Shown here piece by piece: positions 8,906 through 16,577 of a stretch of 30,822 bases of DNA. The stretch covers positions 1-30,822 of the forward strand of contig CAMYKY010000062.1 in assembly GCA_947259165.1 (NCBI GenBank). Direction: 5' to 3'. The position numbers were made by a program, and so were the translations under genes. Source of the stretch: an uncultured Acidobacteriota bacterium (GTDB lineage Bacteria; Acidobacteriota; Vicinamibacteria; Marinacidobacterales; SMYC01). A model generated the notes under the pieces. The model was not told where the DNA came from and searched no databases. It saw only the letters and a list, made by a program, of their open reading frames with translations. How positions within the stretch are numbered: position 1 is the first letter of the stretch; every line of letters starts with the position of its first letter.

Positions 8906-10969
8906 CTAGAGCCTGACGTCGTCGATACCGAGCGCCTTCGCTTGACGCTGGAGTTTCTTGAGCTTCTCCAGGTCGTCTCCTCCCGTTCCAGTGTCCGTGG
9001 CGAGCTTCGCCAGAAGCGCTCCGATGGTGATGTCTTTCAAGGTTCCACCGTCGACGCCGGACTCTTTCAGCGTCTGGCGTATCTCCTTAATGATGTTCTT
9101 GTCGCCGTTCATGTAGTCCTTGGCGAGACCGGAGATCACGTCGCTCTTGTCGATGAGCTCGTCGATACCCTTGCCCATGCCGATGGAGTTCACCATGCGG
9201 TCGAGAAACGCACCGTCGCCGCCGACGATATCGATGTCGGCGGATTCGAGCGCTTTGGAGAGAATCTGGGCCTTGTGCTCCGCGACGTTCTCACGTGCCT
9301 GGATCGCTTCGAGTCCGAGTATTTTCTCGTTCTCGAGACGCAGGCGGTACTCTTCGTGCTCGCGGCTGTCCTTGTCGAGTTCTCGCATCGCCTGGGCTTT
9401 CGCGGCAATGCCTTTTGCTTCGGCGGCGAACTTGTCGCCGATCGCGTGGGCCGTGGCCGTACCTTTCTCGTGAACGACTGCGGCTTCCGCGATCCCGACC
9501 TTCTCCACTACCGCGGCGTCGGCTTCGCGAACGCGAACCTCGGCGAGTCCGTGCTTCTCGGTGGCGACAGCATCCGCTTCCTTCACACGGGCGGCAGCGA
9601 GACCTTCCGCCGCGGATTCAGCCTGGACACCTTCGGCGATCCGAATCTTCGACTTGGCTTCACGGTCGGCGGCTTCGAGCTCGGCGTCCGCCAGGGTGAC
9701 ACGCTCGACGGCCTTGTGCTTCGCGGCCTGCTCCTGAGCTTCGGCGGCCTTGATGTCCTTAACGAGCGCTTCTTCGGCCTCGGCTTCGGCGCCGATGATC
9801 ATTGCGGACTTGGCGCGCTTCGCTTCCTCGACGACCTGAACCTCTTTGATCCGCTCCTGCTCCTCGACGACGGTGCGCTCGACGGCGACCCGCTCGCGGA
9901 TGACGTCTTGAATTGCTTTGCGCTCGACCTCGAGAGCCTTTTCCTTGTCGATCCGCATGAGCTCGACCTCACGCTCTCGATTCACGGCTTCGAGCTGGCG
10001 GTCTTTGTCGACACGCTCGGTCTCGACTCCGATGACTCGCTCGCGGTTTTTCTGCGCGACCTGGACTTGTCGGTTCTTGTTCTCTTCCGCGACCTGGACT
10101 TCTTCGTCGGTCTTGATGCGGGCACCCTCGGATTTCAGCCGTTCCTCCGCCTGAACTTGCATCAGCGTTGCGGTTTCTCGTGCACGGACGGATTCGATCT
10201 CACGTGTTTGCTTGGACTGAGCGTCGGCTTCTTCACGATCCAGCTCGAGAATGACCTTCGCCCGTTCCACGTCTTGCTTCTTGATTGCTTTTTGTTCGTT
10301 GTTCTCGAACTCGTTGGTTTGAATGTGCTCCACCGCCGTGAGCTCGGTGATCCGACGGATACCCTGGGCATCGAGGATGTTCTTGGGGTCGAGATGGGCG
10401 ATGGGCGTCTGCTCGAGGTAGTCGATCGCCGCGTCTTCTAGGACGTAGCCGTTGAGGTCGCGTCCGATGATCTCGATGATAGCGTCGCGAAATTCGTCGC
10501 GTTTGGTATAGAGATCGACGAACTCGAGCTGTTTGCCGACAGTTTTCAAAGCTTCGGAGAATTTGGCGCTGAAAAGCTCGTCGAGGGTTTCGGGAGACGA
10601 AGCGCGGGCGCAGCCGATGGCTTGAGCGACCTTGATCACGTCTTCGACGCGTTTGTTGACGCGCACGAAGAACGTGACCTTGATGTCGGCCCGAATATTG
10701 TCGCCGCAGATCAGACCATCCTTGCTGCGACGGTCGATCTCGATGGTTTTGACCGAGATATCCATGACCTCGGCTTTGTGGATGACTGGAAGCACGAACG
10801 CGCCGGTGAAGGTCACTTCGGGCTCGCGTTTCATTTTGTTGACGACGAGCGCTTTGCCCTGTTCCACCTTGCGGTAGAACTTGGACACCATCATCAAGAA
10901 TCCCCAACCCATGATGATGAGGGCAAAGGCGCCTACGACGCCGAGAACGATCAGGTCCATCATCTGCAT
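8906..10969 (-). CDS. flotillin (SPFH/band-7 domain, FloT/YuaG-like)
   Basis: 687 aa with an N-terminal TM helix, an SPFH region and the long Glu/Ala-rich flotillin repeat region (AEAEAEEAL.., EAAVVHEKG..). The true start may be the 3rd Met (10963), which has GGGG 9 nt upstream. Confidence 0.9.
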   Translation of the reverse strand: MQMMDLIVLGVVGAFALIIMGWGFLMMVSKFYRKVEQGKALVVNKMKREPEVTFTGAFVLPVIHKAEVMDISVKTIEIDRRSKDGLICGDNIRADIKVTFFVRVNKRVEDVIKVAQAIGCARASSPETLDELFSAKFSEALKTVGKQLEFVDLYTKRDEFRDAIIEIIGRDLNGYVLEDAAIDYLEQTPIAHLDPKNILDAQGIRRITELTAVEHIQTNEFENNEQKAIKKQDVERAKVILELDREEADAQSKQTREIESVRARETATLMQVQAEERLKSEGARIKTDEEVQVAEENKNRQVQVAQKNRERVIGVETERVDKDRQLEAVNREREVELMRIDKEKALEVERKAIQDVIRERVAVERTVVEEQERIKEVQVVEEAKRAKSAMIIGAEAEAEEALVKDIKAAEAQEQAAKHKAVERVTLADAELEAADREAKSKIRIAEGVQAESAAEGLAAARVKEADAVATEKHGLAEVRVREADAAVVEKVGIAEAAVVHEKGTATAHAIGDKFAAEAKGIAAKAQAMRELDKDSREHEEYRLRLENEKILGLEAIQARENVAEHKAQILSKALESADIDIVGGDGAFLDRMVNSIGMGKGIDELIDKSDVISGLAKDYMNGDKNIIKEIRQTLKESGVDGGTLKDITIGALLAKLATDTGTGGDDLEKLKKLQRQAKALGIDDVRL

Positions 10970-11003
10970 CCCCCTATCCGAAATTGTCCAAAACTGAAAA
11001 GGC

Positions 11004-11846
11004 TCACGACTCCTCCGTGATCTTCACGGCTTCCGTGAGCGCGGCGTCCACCGGGCCGATGAAGAAGATCCCTTCGGACGGCTCGTAGCGGTAGACGAGT
11101 GCCTGAGTGCCACGTTTTAGATCGTTGTTCTGAGGGCAGCGCACCTCGGCGACAAAGCCCGCGCCACCGTCTTCGATCTCGGCTCGGCCGAATTGTTCGT
11201 CGACGCGCGCCGATAGAACCGTGCACAGCTTCCCCACGAGTGATGCTCGGCGAGGTGCTTGTTGAGTTACGAAGAGTCTTCGGAAAGGCCTCGAGGTCAG
11301 GGCCGCCATCACTAGAGCGCCGAAGCCGGAGGCGACGGCGATGGTGAGACCGGCGAGAAACGTCGCCGCCATGGGGCCCAAGAATCTCGTGGCTAGATAG
11401 CTGATAATCCAAGCCCAGAAGATCGCGAACGTTCCCACGATGGTGATCGGAACGCCGCGTACACCCATGGCGTTCAATATGCCGGACAGGAGGCCACCAC
11501 TGTGTCCGTCGGCCGCCTCCGCCGCACCCTCCGCCGCCGCACCCTCAGCGACTCCCTCAGCGACTCCCTCAGCGACTCCCTCAGCGACTCCCTCAGCGAC
11601 TCCCTCAGCGACTCCCTCAGCGACTCCCTCGAGGGCACCATCCATCACTCCGTCCGCAACGCCGTCGAGGGACTCGATTGCCCCGTCGAATGCAGCGTCC
11701 ATGGAGTCCAGCCCGAGGATGGTGTCGAGGAAGTCGATGTCCAGCGCCCCGAAAATCACCACGAGCCAGTAAAGGAGCGCCATCGCCAGGGCGCACGTGA
11801 ACACGATTGTTGGAAACGACACGAGCGTGGTGAGGAATTCCTGCAC
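11004..11846 (-). CDS. NfeD/YuaF-like membrane protein (C-terminal OB-fold NfeD domain) with internal (GVAE)n repeat
   Basis: Proposed GTG start at 11846 with GGAG 8 nt upstream. The N-terminal portion of the track ORF (11847-12107) looks non-coding. The protein has TM helices flanking a GVAE x7 repeat. The C-terminal soluble segment LVGKLCTVLSARVDEQFGRAEIEDGGAGFVAEVRC..GTQALVYRYE fits the NfeD beta-barrel pattern. Its position immediately upstream of flotillin matches the conserved nfeD-flotillin pair. Confidence 0.65.
   Translation of the reverse strand: MQEFLTTLVSFPTIVFTCALAMALLYWLVVIFGALDIDFLDTILGLDSMDAAFDGAIESLDGVADGVMDGALEGVAEGVAEGVAEGVAEGVAEGVAEGVAEGAAAEGAAEAADGHSGGLLSGILNAMGVRGVPITIVGTFAIFWAWIISYLATRFLGPMAATFLAGLTIAVASGFGALVMAALTSRPFRRLFVTQQAPRRASLVGKLCTVLSARVDEQFGRAEIEDGGAGFVAEVRCPQNNDLKRGTQALVYRYEPSEGIFFIGPVDAALTEAVKITEES
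11545..11628. repeat. perfect 7 x 12-bp tandem repeat (TCAGCGACTCCC) inside the NfeD-like CDS
   Basis: Seven identical units with no synonymous variation, flanked by degenerate copies (11521-11544). On the coding strand they encode (GVAE)7. The repeat is in-frame (12 = 4 codons). Confidence 0.9.
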
Positions 11847-12034
11847 GCTTTCAGCTCCTTTCGACTGACGAGTCGCGGATCGGTCGGTTCGATGACGTGC
11901 CGACGACGCGACAATTAGGCTAAGAGAAGCCTCTCCCGTTCGACAGAAAGCTATCGCTACGCGAGAACCGTGGTTTCGGTTGTAGTTGTGCCGGTTGTGG
12001 TGGTCCGGGCCCTTTGGCTCGAACTCTGCCACCA

Positions 12035-12064
12035 ATAATAAAGCAAACCGGGGCGAAAAATCAA
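12035..12064 (-). promoter_or_regulatory. candidate sigma70-type promoter for the minus-strand six-gene cluster (TTGATT-N18-TATTAT)
   Basis: Read on the minus strand, TTGATT (12064-12059) is followed after 18 nt by TATTAT (12040-12035). This gives a ~180-nt 5' UTR to the GTG at 11846. It is a sequence match only. Confidence 0.25.
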
Positions 12065-12257
12065 GCGCGCATCCAGCGTTTTGCGTCTTCCGGTCACCCG
12101 TGTCCAAGACGTTGTTGCGGTTGTGAAAAGCACAGAGTTTCTTTATGTGTTGTCAGCGGGTGAGCTTCGGACGTGTATAAATTCCTATTCAACAGTGCAT
12201 TGGGGAAGCGTGGTGGCTGAATGCGCGAACGCAGAGTTGCGAATCGGTATTTTCGTC

Positions 12258-12286
12258 TTGACACCAGGAGGGCGCGTCCGTAGTAT
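12258..12286 (+). promoter_or_regulatory. near-consensus sigma70 promoter TTGACA-N17-TAGTAT, divergent from the flotillin cluster, driving the leuB leader
   Basis: TTGACA at 12258-12263, a 17-nt spacer, then TAGTAT at 12281-12286. A ~357-nt leader follows before leuB. Confidence 0.4.
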
Positions 12287-12504
12287 GAGTCTACCCAACA
12301 CAACTAGAGAAAATCGTTATAATTTATGCATTTTGCTTGTGCTTCCAACAAAGGCATATCGCCAGGGGTCCGCATAAGGCCTGTTCATTTTTCATGCCGG
12401 GCCTACCATCCATCGACCGAACCCGCTAATTTATCCTGCAATATCATTAACCTCGTCCTTACAACTCCACATACATAATCCCTGGTAGCTTTTGTTGGGA
12501 CACT

Positions 12505-12528
12505 GGGGGGCGTCTTCGGGCGCCCCCC
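12505..12528 (+). terminator. stable 10-bp GC stem with UUCG tetraloop in leuB leader; candidate attenuator or sRNA 3' end
   Basis: GGGGGGCGUC-UUCG-GGCGCCCCCC followed by GCCCUCUUUCUGG, a weak, interrupted U-tract. Confidence 0.3.
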
Positions 12529-12562
12529 GCCCTCTTTCTGGGCGCACGTTCGCGCGCTAGTG

Positions 12563-12593
12563 CGGTTATCGGCGGTCGGTTATCGGTTATCGG
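12563..12593. promoter_or_regulatory. three closely spaced GGTTATCGG direct repeats 60-90 bp upstream of leuB
   Basis: GGTTATCGG occurs at 12564-12572, 12578-12586 and 12585-12593, immediately before a TTGACC hexamer (12596-12601). Confidence 0.35.
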
Positions 12594-12649
12594 TCTTGAC
12601 CTGATGTTAGCGTTCTCTCCTCGTCGGCTTTCGTGGTAATAATCTCGGC

Positions 12650-13714
12650 ATGAAATTGTCGATTACTATTTTGCCTGGGGACGGGATTGGGCCCGAGGTT
12701 GTTGCGGAGGCGATGAAAGTGCTCGAGGCTGTCGCTTCCAAGTTTGGGCACGAGCTCGATGTCAGTGCTCATCCGTTTGGATCTTCCGGCCTTGAATCGG
12801 CCGGGAGCGGGTTTCCGGACGAGACGCGGGATGCGTGCATGTCGTCGCCGGCGATCTTTCTCGGCGCGGTAGGAGATCCTCGGCACGATCATTTGCCGCC
12901 GAACGAGCGGCCCGAAAAGGCGCTATTGCATCTGCGGCGGTTGATCGAAAGCTTCGCCAACTTGAGGCCCGTGGTGGCCCAGTTCGTCTCGCCCACGTCG
13001 CCGTTCAAGTCGGAGACTCTAAAGGGTGTCGATCTGCTCATCGTGCGCGAGCTCACGGGCGGGCTTTACTTCGGTGAGCCGCGCGGTTTCGAAGGCGAAG
13101 GGAAGGATCGACGGGCGATCAACACCCTCAGATACAGCACTCATGAAATCGACCGCATTGCTCGGGTCGGATTCGACGCGGCGATGAAGAGGCGCCGCCA
13201 CGTGACGTCCGTCGATAAATCGAACGTGCTCGAGACGTCGAAGCTGTGGCGCGAAGTCGTGGACTCGGTCGCGAAGGATTACCCTGACGTGAAGCTCGAG
13301 CACATGCTCGTCGACCGTGCTGCGATGGAGATCATCGCCAATCCCGCGAGCATCGACGTGATGCTTACGAGCAACCTCTTCGGTGACATTCTGAGCGACG
13401 AGGCCTCGATGCTGGCGGGCTCGATGGGGCTGTTGCCGTCGGCGAGTCTGGGCGGAAAGATCGGGCTCTACGAGCCGGTGCACGGCTCGGCGCCCGACAT
13501 CGTTGGCAAAGGCATCGCGAATCCTGTCGGGGCGATCGCGTCGATGGCAATGATGTTGCTCTACTCGTTCGATCTCGAGGACGAGGCCAAGCTCGTCGAG
13601 CGAGGGATCGAATCCTCGTTTGCGGCCGGCTGCGTCACTGCCGACCTGAGCGACACTCCGAAATCAACGGAAGACGTGGGTGACCACATCGCGCGCTTCG
13701 TAGCCGACGCCTAG
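12650..13714 (+). CDS. leuB: 3-isopropylmalate dehydrogenase
   Basis: 354 aa with N-terminal ILPGDGIGPEVV and the isocitrate/isopropylmalate dehydrogenase signature NLFGDILSDEASMLAGSMGLLPSASLG. Confidence 0.9.
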   Translation: MKLSITILPGDGIGPEVVAEAMKVLEAVASKFGHELDVSAHPFGSSGLESAGSGFPDETRDACMSSPAIFLGAVGDPRHDHLPPNERPEKALLHLRRLIESFANLRPVVAQFVSPTSPFKSETLKGVDLLIVRELTGGLYFGEPRGFEGEGKDRRAINTLRYSTHEIDRIARVGFDAAMKRRRHVTSVDKSNVLETSKLWREVVDSVAKDYPDVKLEHMLVDRAAMEIIANPASIDVMLTSNLFGDILSDEASMLAGSMGLLPSASLGGKIGLYEPVHGSAPDIVGKGIANPVGAIASMAMMLLYSFDLEDEAKLVERGIESSFAAGCVTADLSDTPKSTEDVGDHIARFVADA

Positions 13715-13822
13715 GCCGATTCCCCGTCAAGAGTCCTGACGCAAAGTCGCAAAGCTAGTCGAGCCAGATTGGGCCAGGGGCGCCCGTGACGGCGGAGTAC
13801 GGCTGTGGTTCCGTGGCGAATG

Positions 13823-14281
13823 CTATTTTTTTGCGGCCTTAGCTTTCAGCTTCTCGTCGATGAAATCCCCATGTGGGACGTGCAGCAGCTTCGCGACTTT
13901 GCGGATTAGGTATTCTTCGCGTTCTTCGAGGCGATCGTCGCTGAACGCGACTTGCCACAGCAGTCCGACGATGTGCTTTTTCTGCTCCGGCGTGAAGCTG
14001 GCGTCGACGAGGCGGGTGAACTCGTACAACGAGATCGCCTCGTCAACTTCTTGCTCGGCGAGGGCAATGATGTCGCGAGTCTCGTCCTCGGTGATGCCGA
14101 AACCCGAGCGAAGCGCCTCTTCGATCGCGAGTTTCTCTTCTTCCCCGACCTCGAAGTCCGCACGCGAGACTTCGATCAGCAGCGCCGCGGTGGCGAGTCT
14201 TTGTGCGTGCTCCATCGAGGCGGGGGTCGTCTCCTCGGTCACGATGCGAGCGTAGAAAAATTCCTGAATCGTTCTAATCAA
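13823..14281 (-). CDS. TerB-like (tellurite-resistance TerB family) small acidic protein
   Basis: 152 aa with two TerB-like repeats: AALLIEVSRADFEVGEEEKLAIEEAL and VGLLWQVAFSDDRLEEREEYLIRKVAKLL. Confidence 0.45.
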   Translation of the reverse strand: MIRTIQEFFYARIVTEETTPASMEHAQRLATAALLIEVSRADFEVGEEEKLAIEEALRSGFGITEDETRDIIALAEQEVDEAISLYEFTRLVDASFTPEQKKHIVGLLWQVAFSDDRLEEREEYLIRKVAKLLHVPHGDFIDEKLKAKAAKK

Positions 14282-14285
14282 TTTC

Positions 14286-15917
14286 TCAAACCTCGGCCGT
14301 CTTGGCGCCGGCTCTCATACGGTCCTGCGTGTAAACGGAAATCGCTCCGAAGCCCCATAAGGCGATCGCAGCCGGTACGACGAACTCCAAAATCGGAATC
14401 GACTTCGCCACCATGACCAGAAACAGCCCAAGGGCGAAGCGAATCAGGCCTGCGCTTGCGCTCGTGGGTGTCCCCAGTATCTCGCGACCAATGTAGGCCG
14501 CGACGAAGACTTGTGCAACGTAGAGGCCGACGCCGAGGACGAACAGCGTCGTCAGTCCGAGCGGGGCGCCGACGACCGTGATGGTGACGAAACCGCCGAG
14601 CACGAACAGAATCACCGTGGAGAGGACACCGTAGACGAAGCTTCTGCCGTATTCGGGTACGTGTTTCGTGATGATCACTTCGCTCGCCTCCGGCATCAAG
14701 AGGATGATGACGCTGCCGAAGATGAACGCCGCGGTCCAGAAATAGAAAAACGCCGTCACCCAGGAGATGACGGGACGCTCATGATCTTCCTCCTCCACTC
14801 GCTCGAACACGATCGGCGAGCCTAGCTCGGCTTGGGGGTCGACCTCAGCTTCTTTGGGTCCGTAGTACTTCGTGGTGCCGCCGATCGCGCCTTCGGGGCC
14901 GATCGACAGGCTCTCCGCGGCAACGAGCACCGAGCCGCTGACCCGGGCGCGGATCTCGGTCGTCTTGGCGGCGACGATGATGTCGCTCGGGACCGGGGCG
15001 TCGAAGAATACCTCGCGTCCCGCGGCGATCACGCTGCCGCCGAGGTTCGAGCCGCTGGAGAATCGAAGCGTTCTTCCCGCCGAGGTTACGTTCCTGGCGA
15101 CGTCGCCTTCGATCTCCAGCCGCATTGAGGCAGTGCGGACGCTACCGCCGACGCGGCCCGCTATCTCGATGCTTTCAGCAAAGCCGAGGACGTCGCCGCG
15201 AACCTCACCGGTGATTTGAACGATACTTGCGGCGACAATTAGGTCGCCGTTGATGGTCCCCTCGATGCGGATTTCTTTTCCCTTGATGATGAGGTCCGTC
15301 TCGATCACCTCTCCCGCTCGAAGGGTATACACATCGGCGTCGAGCTCGATGACCGCGGCCGTTGCTCGAGCGGCGGGAAGAACAACTCCGCCCAGGACCA
15401 AGAGCATCAGCGAGAACGACGCCGCGGACGAGCGCCAACGACGCCAGGTCCGATGAGCGATAAAACCGGCAAGGGCGAGCGAGGCGAGTAGCACCACTCC
15501 CTGGATGAATTTCATCAACATATCTGTCCAGCCGCTCCATAGAAGACTTTGAATCAAGACGCTGGTGGCAACGCTCGCGCCGTCTAGGCCTACGGTCTCC
15601 ATGCCGTCGACCACGGGTGCGACATAGCGTGTCCATAGCGACGACACGCCGAGCGTGCCGAAGATGAGCATGGCCACGAGGACCCACGAGATGTCAGCGT
15701 GCCGTGGTCGGATGTGATCGGGTAGCGCCTCGGCGTGCTCGTGCACCGCGGCCCGTAGGAGCTCGGTCTCTGCTTTCAAGGCTTCGTACCCCGCGCGACA
15801 CCTGGCGCATTCGATCAGGTGGGTACGAGTCGCATCCTCGCGATCCCTCGACAACTCTCCCTCGGCGAGCCTCATGATTGTCAGCTCGTCGACATGCTTC
15901 ACATCAGATGCGCTCAT
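14286..15917 (-). CDS. zinc-finger (HxxxCxxC) anti-sigma factor with extracytoplasmic beta-helical bactofilin/DUF4097-like repeats and C-terminal polytopic membrane domain
   Basis: 543 aa. The N-terminus carries H..C..C (HLIECARCR), as in ZAS-type anti-sigma factors. Internal TM helices are followed by repeated G.V.G..I.I.G.V beta-helix-like units (EIRIEGTINGDLIV.., EIEGDVARNVTS..). Four or five C-terminal TM helices follow. The start overlaps the sigma gene stop (ATGA). Confidence 0.7.
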   Translation of the reverse strand: MSASDVKHVDELTIMRLAEGELSRDREDATRTHLIECARCRAGYEALKAETELLRAAVHEHAEALPDHIRPRHADISWVLVAMLIFGTLGVSSLWTRYVAPVVDGMETVGLDGASVATSVLIQSLLWSGWTDMLMKFIQGVVLLASLALAGFIAHRTWRRWRSSAASFSLMLLVLGGVVLPAARATAAVIELDADVYTLRAGEVIETDLIIKGKEIRIEGTINGDLIVAASIVQITGEVRGDVLGFAESIEIAGRVGGSVRTASMRLEIEGDVARNVTSAGRTLRFSSGSNLGGSVIAAGREVFFDAPVPSDIIVAAKTTEIRARVSGSVLVAAESLSIGPEGAIGGTTKYYGPKEAEVDPQAELGSPIVFERVEEEDHERPVISWVTAFFYFWTAAFIFGSVIILLMPEASEVIITKHVPEYGRSFVYGVLSTVILFVLGGFVTITVVGAPLGLTTLFVLGVGLYVAQVFVAAYIGREILGTPTSASAGLIRFALGLFLVMVAKSIPILEFVVPAAIALWGFGAISVYTQDRMRAGAKTAEV

Positions 15918-16468
15918 GGTCCCAACCTCGTCCTCAAGGCACGCCGTGCTCTCAGCAACAACACGCCGGCGAAATTGCTCGAGATACCGAGCACTTCACC
16001 GATCTCCGCGTAGCTCATCTCCGCGAAGTAGCGGAGGATGACCACCAAGCGAGTACGGTCGTCGAGAGTTGCGATGGCGCGGCGAATACTCCGCTTGCTC
16101 TCGTTGATCAGAACCGCCTCTTGGGGCGTCGGCGCTTCCGCTTCGAGCTTCGCGATCTCGTCTTCTGAGTCGTCCAGCTCGGGGCGTCGGCGTCTTTTTC
16201 TGAGCTCGTCCCAGCAATGGTTCGCAGCGACCCGGTAGAGCCAAGGCGCGAACGGGCGGGAGTCATCGTATTGAGACAGCCGCAGCCGGGCTCGGAGAAA
16301 AACCTCTCCGGTCGCATCCTCGGCGTCCTGCCGCGTCGGCAGGGCTCTCCGACAAAGCCTGAAAATGGAAGGTGCCATCATTCGATAGATCTCCGCCCAA
16401 GCTTCGGAATCCCCGTCGCCGGCCCCTCGGGCCAAGCTCGCCAGGTCTTCTTCGCTCGACATTCCCAC
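15914..16468 (-). CDS. ECF (group IV) RNA polymerase sigma factor
   Basis: 184 aa. Region 2 is PWLYRVAANHCWDELRKRR. Region 4 HTH is LRYFAEMSYAEIGEVLGISSNFAGVLLLRARRAL. Confidence 0.85.
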   Translation of the reverse strand: MGMSSEEDLASLARGAGDGDSEAWAEIYRMMAPSIFRLCRRALPTRQDAEDATGEVFLRARLRLSQYDDSRPFAPWLYRVAANHCWDELRKRRRRPELDDSEDEIAKLEAEAPTPQEAVLINESKRSIRRAIATLDDRTRLVVILRYFAEMSYAEIGEVLGISSNFAGVLLLRARRALRTRLGP

Positions 16469-16577
16469 TAACTCGTACGCTCCACGCCGTGGATTATTAC
16501 AGTTAAAACGTGTTTACCCCTGTCCTAATCGAGACTGTGCCGCTGCCCCGTAACGTCCCTGTTACTGAGAAAGCCAT

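Noticed and set aside
7915-8916. 333-aa plus-strand ORF, and many 60-300-aa ORFs on both strands, inside the giant gene (3499-8895)
   Set aside because: They are antisense or out of frame relative to a 5.4-kb uninterrupted ORF with AAA+ motifs. Their compositions are Arg/Ser/Pro-rich, typical of wrong-frame GC-rich sequence.
8942-10441. 499-aa plus-strand ORF antisense to the flotillin gene (also 9120-9473, 9295-9699, 10622-11020)
   Set aside because: Low-complexity, Leu/Asp/Gly-rich translation with no motifs. The opposite strand encodes an unmistakable flotillin with SPFH and EA-repeat regions. Long antisense ORFs are expected in high-GC DNA.
11521-11640. The 12-bp tandem array considered as a CRISPR array
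   Set aside because: Units are contiguous with no spacers, are only 12 bp long and sit in-frame inside a CDS. No cas genes are present. It is a simple coding tandem repeat.
11847-12107. 5' extension of the NfeD-like ORF back to the ATG at 12107
   Set aside because: The extension translates to an Arg/His/Asn-rich non-protein-like sequence and spans lower-GC, promoter-like DNA. A GTG with a GGAG RBS at 11846 starts right at the first TM helix.
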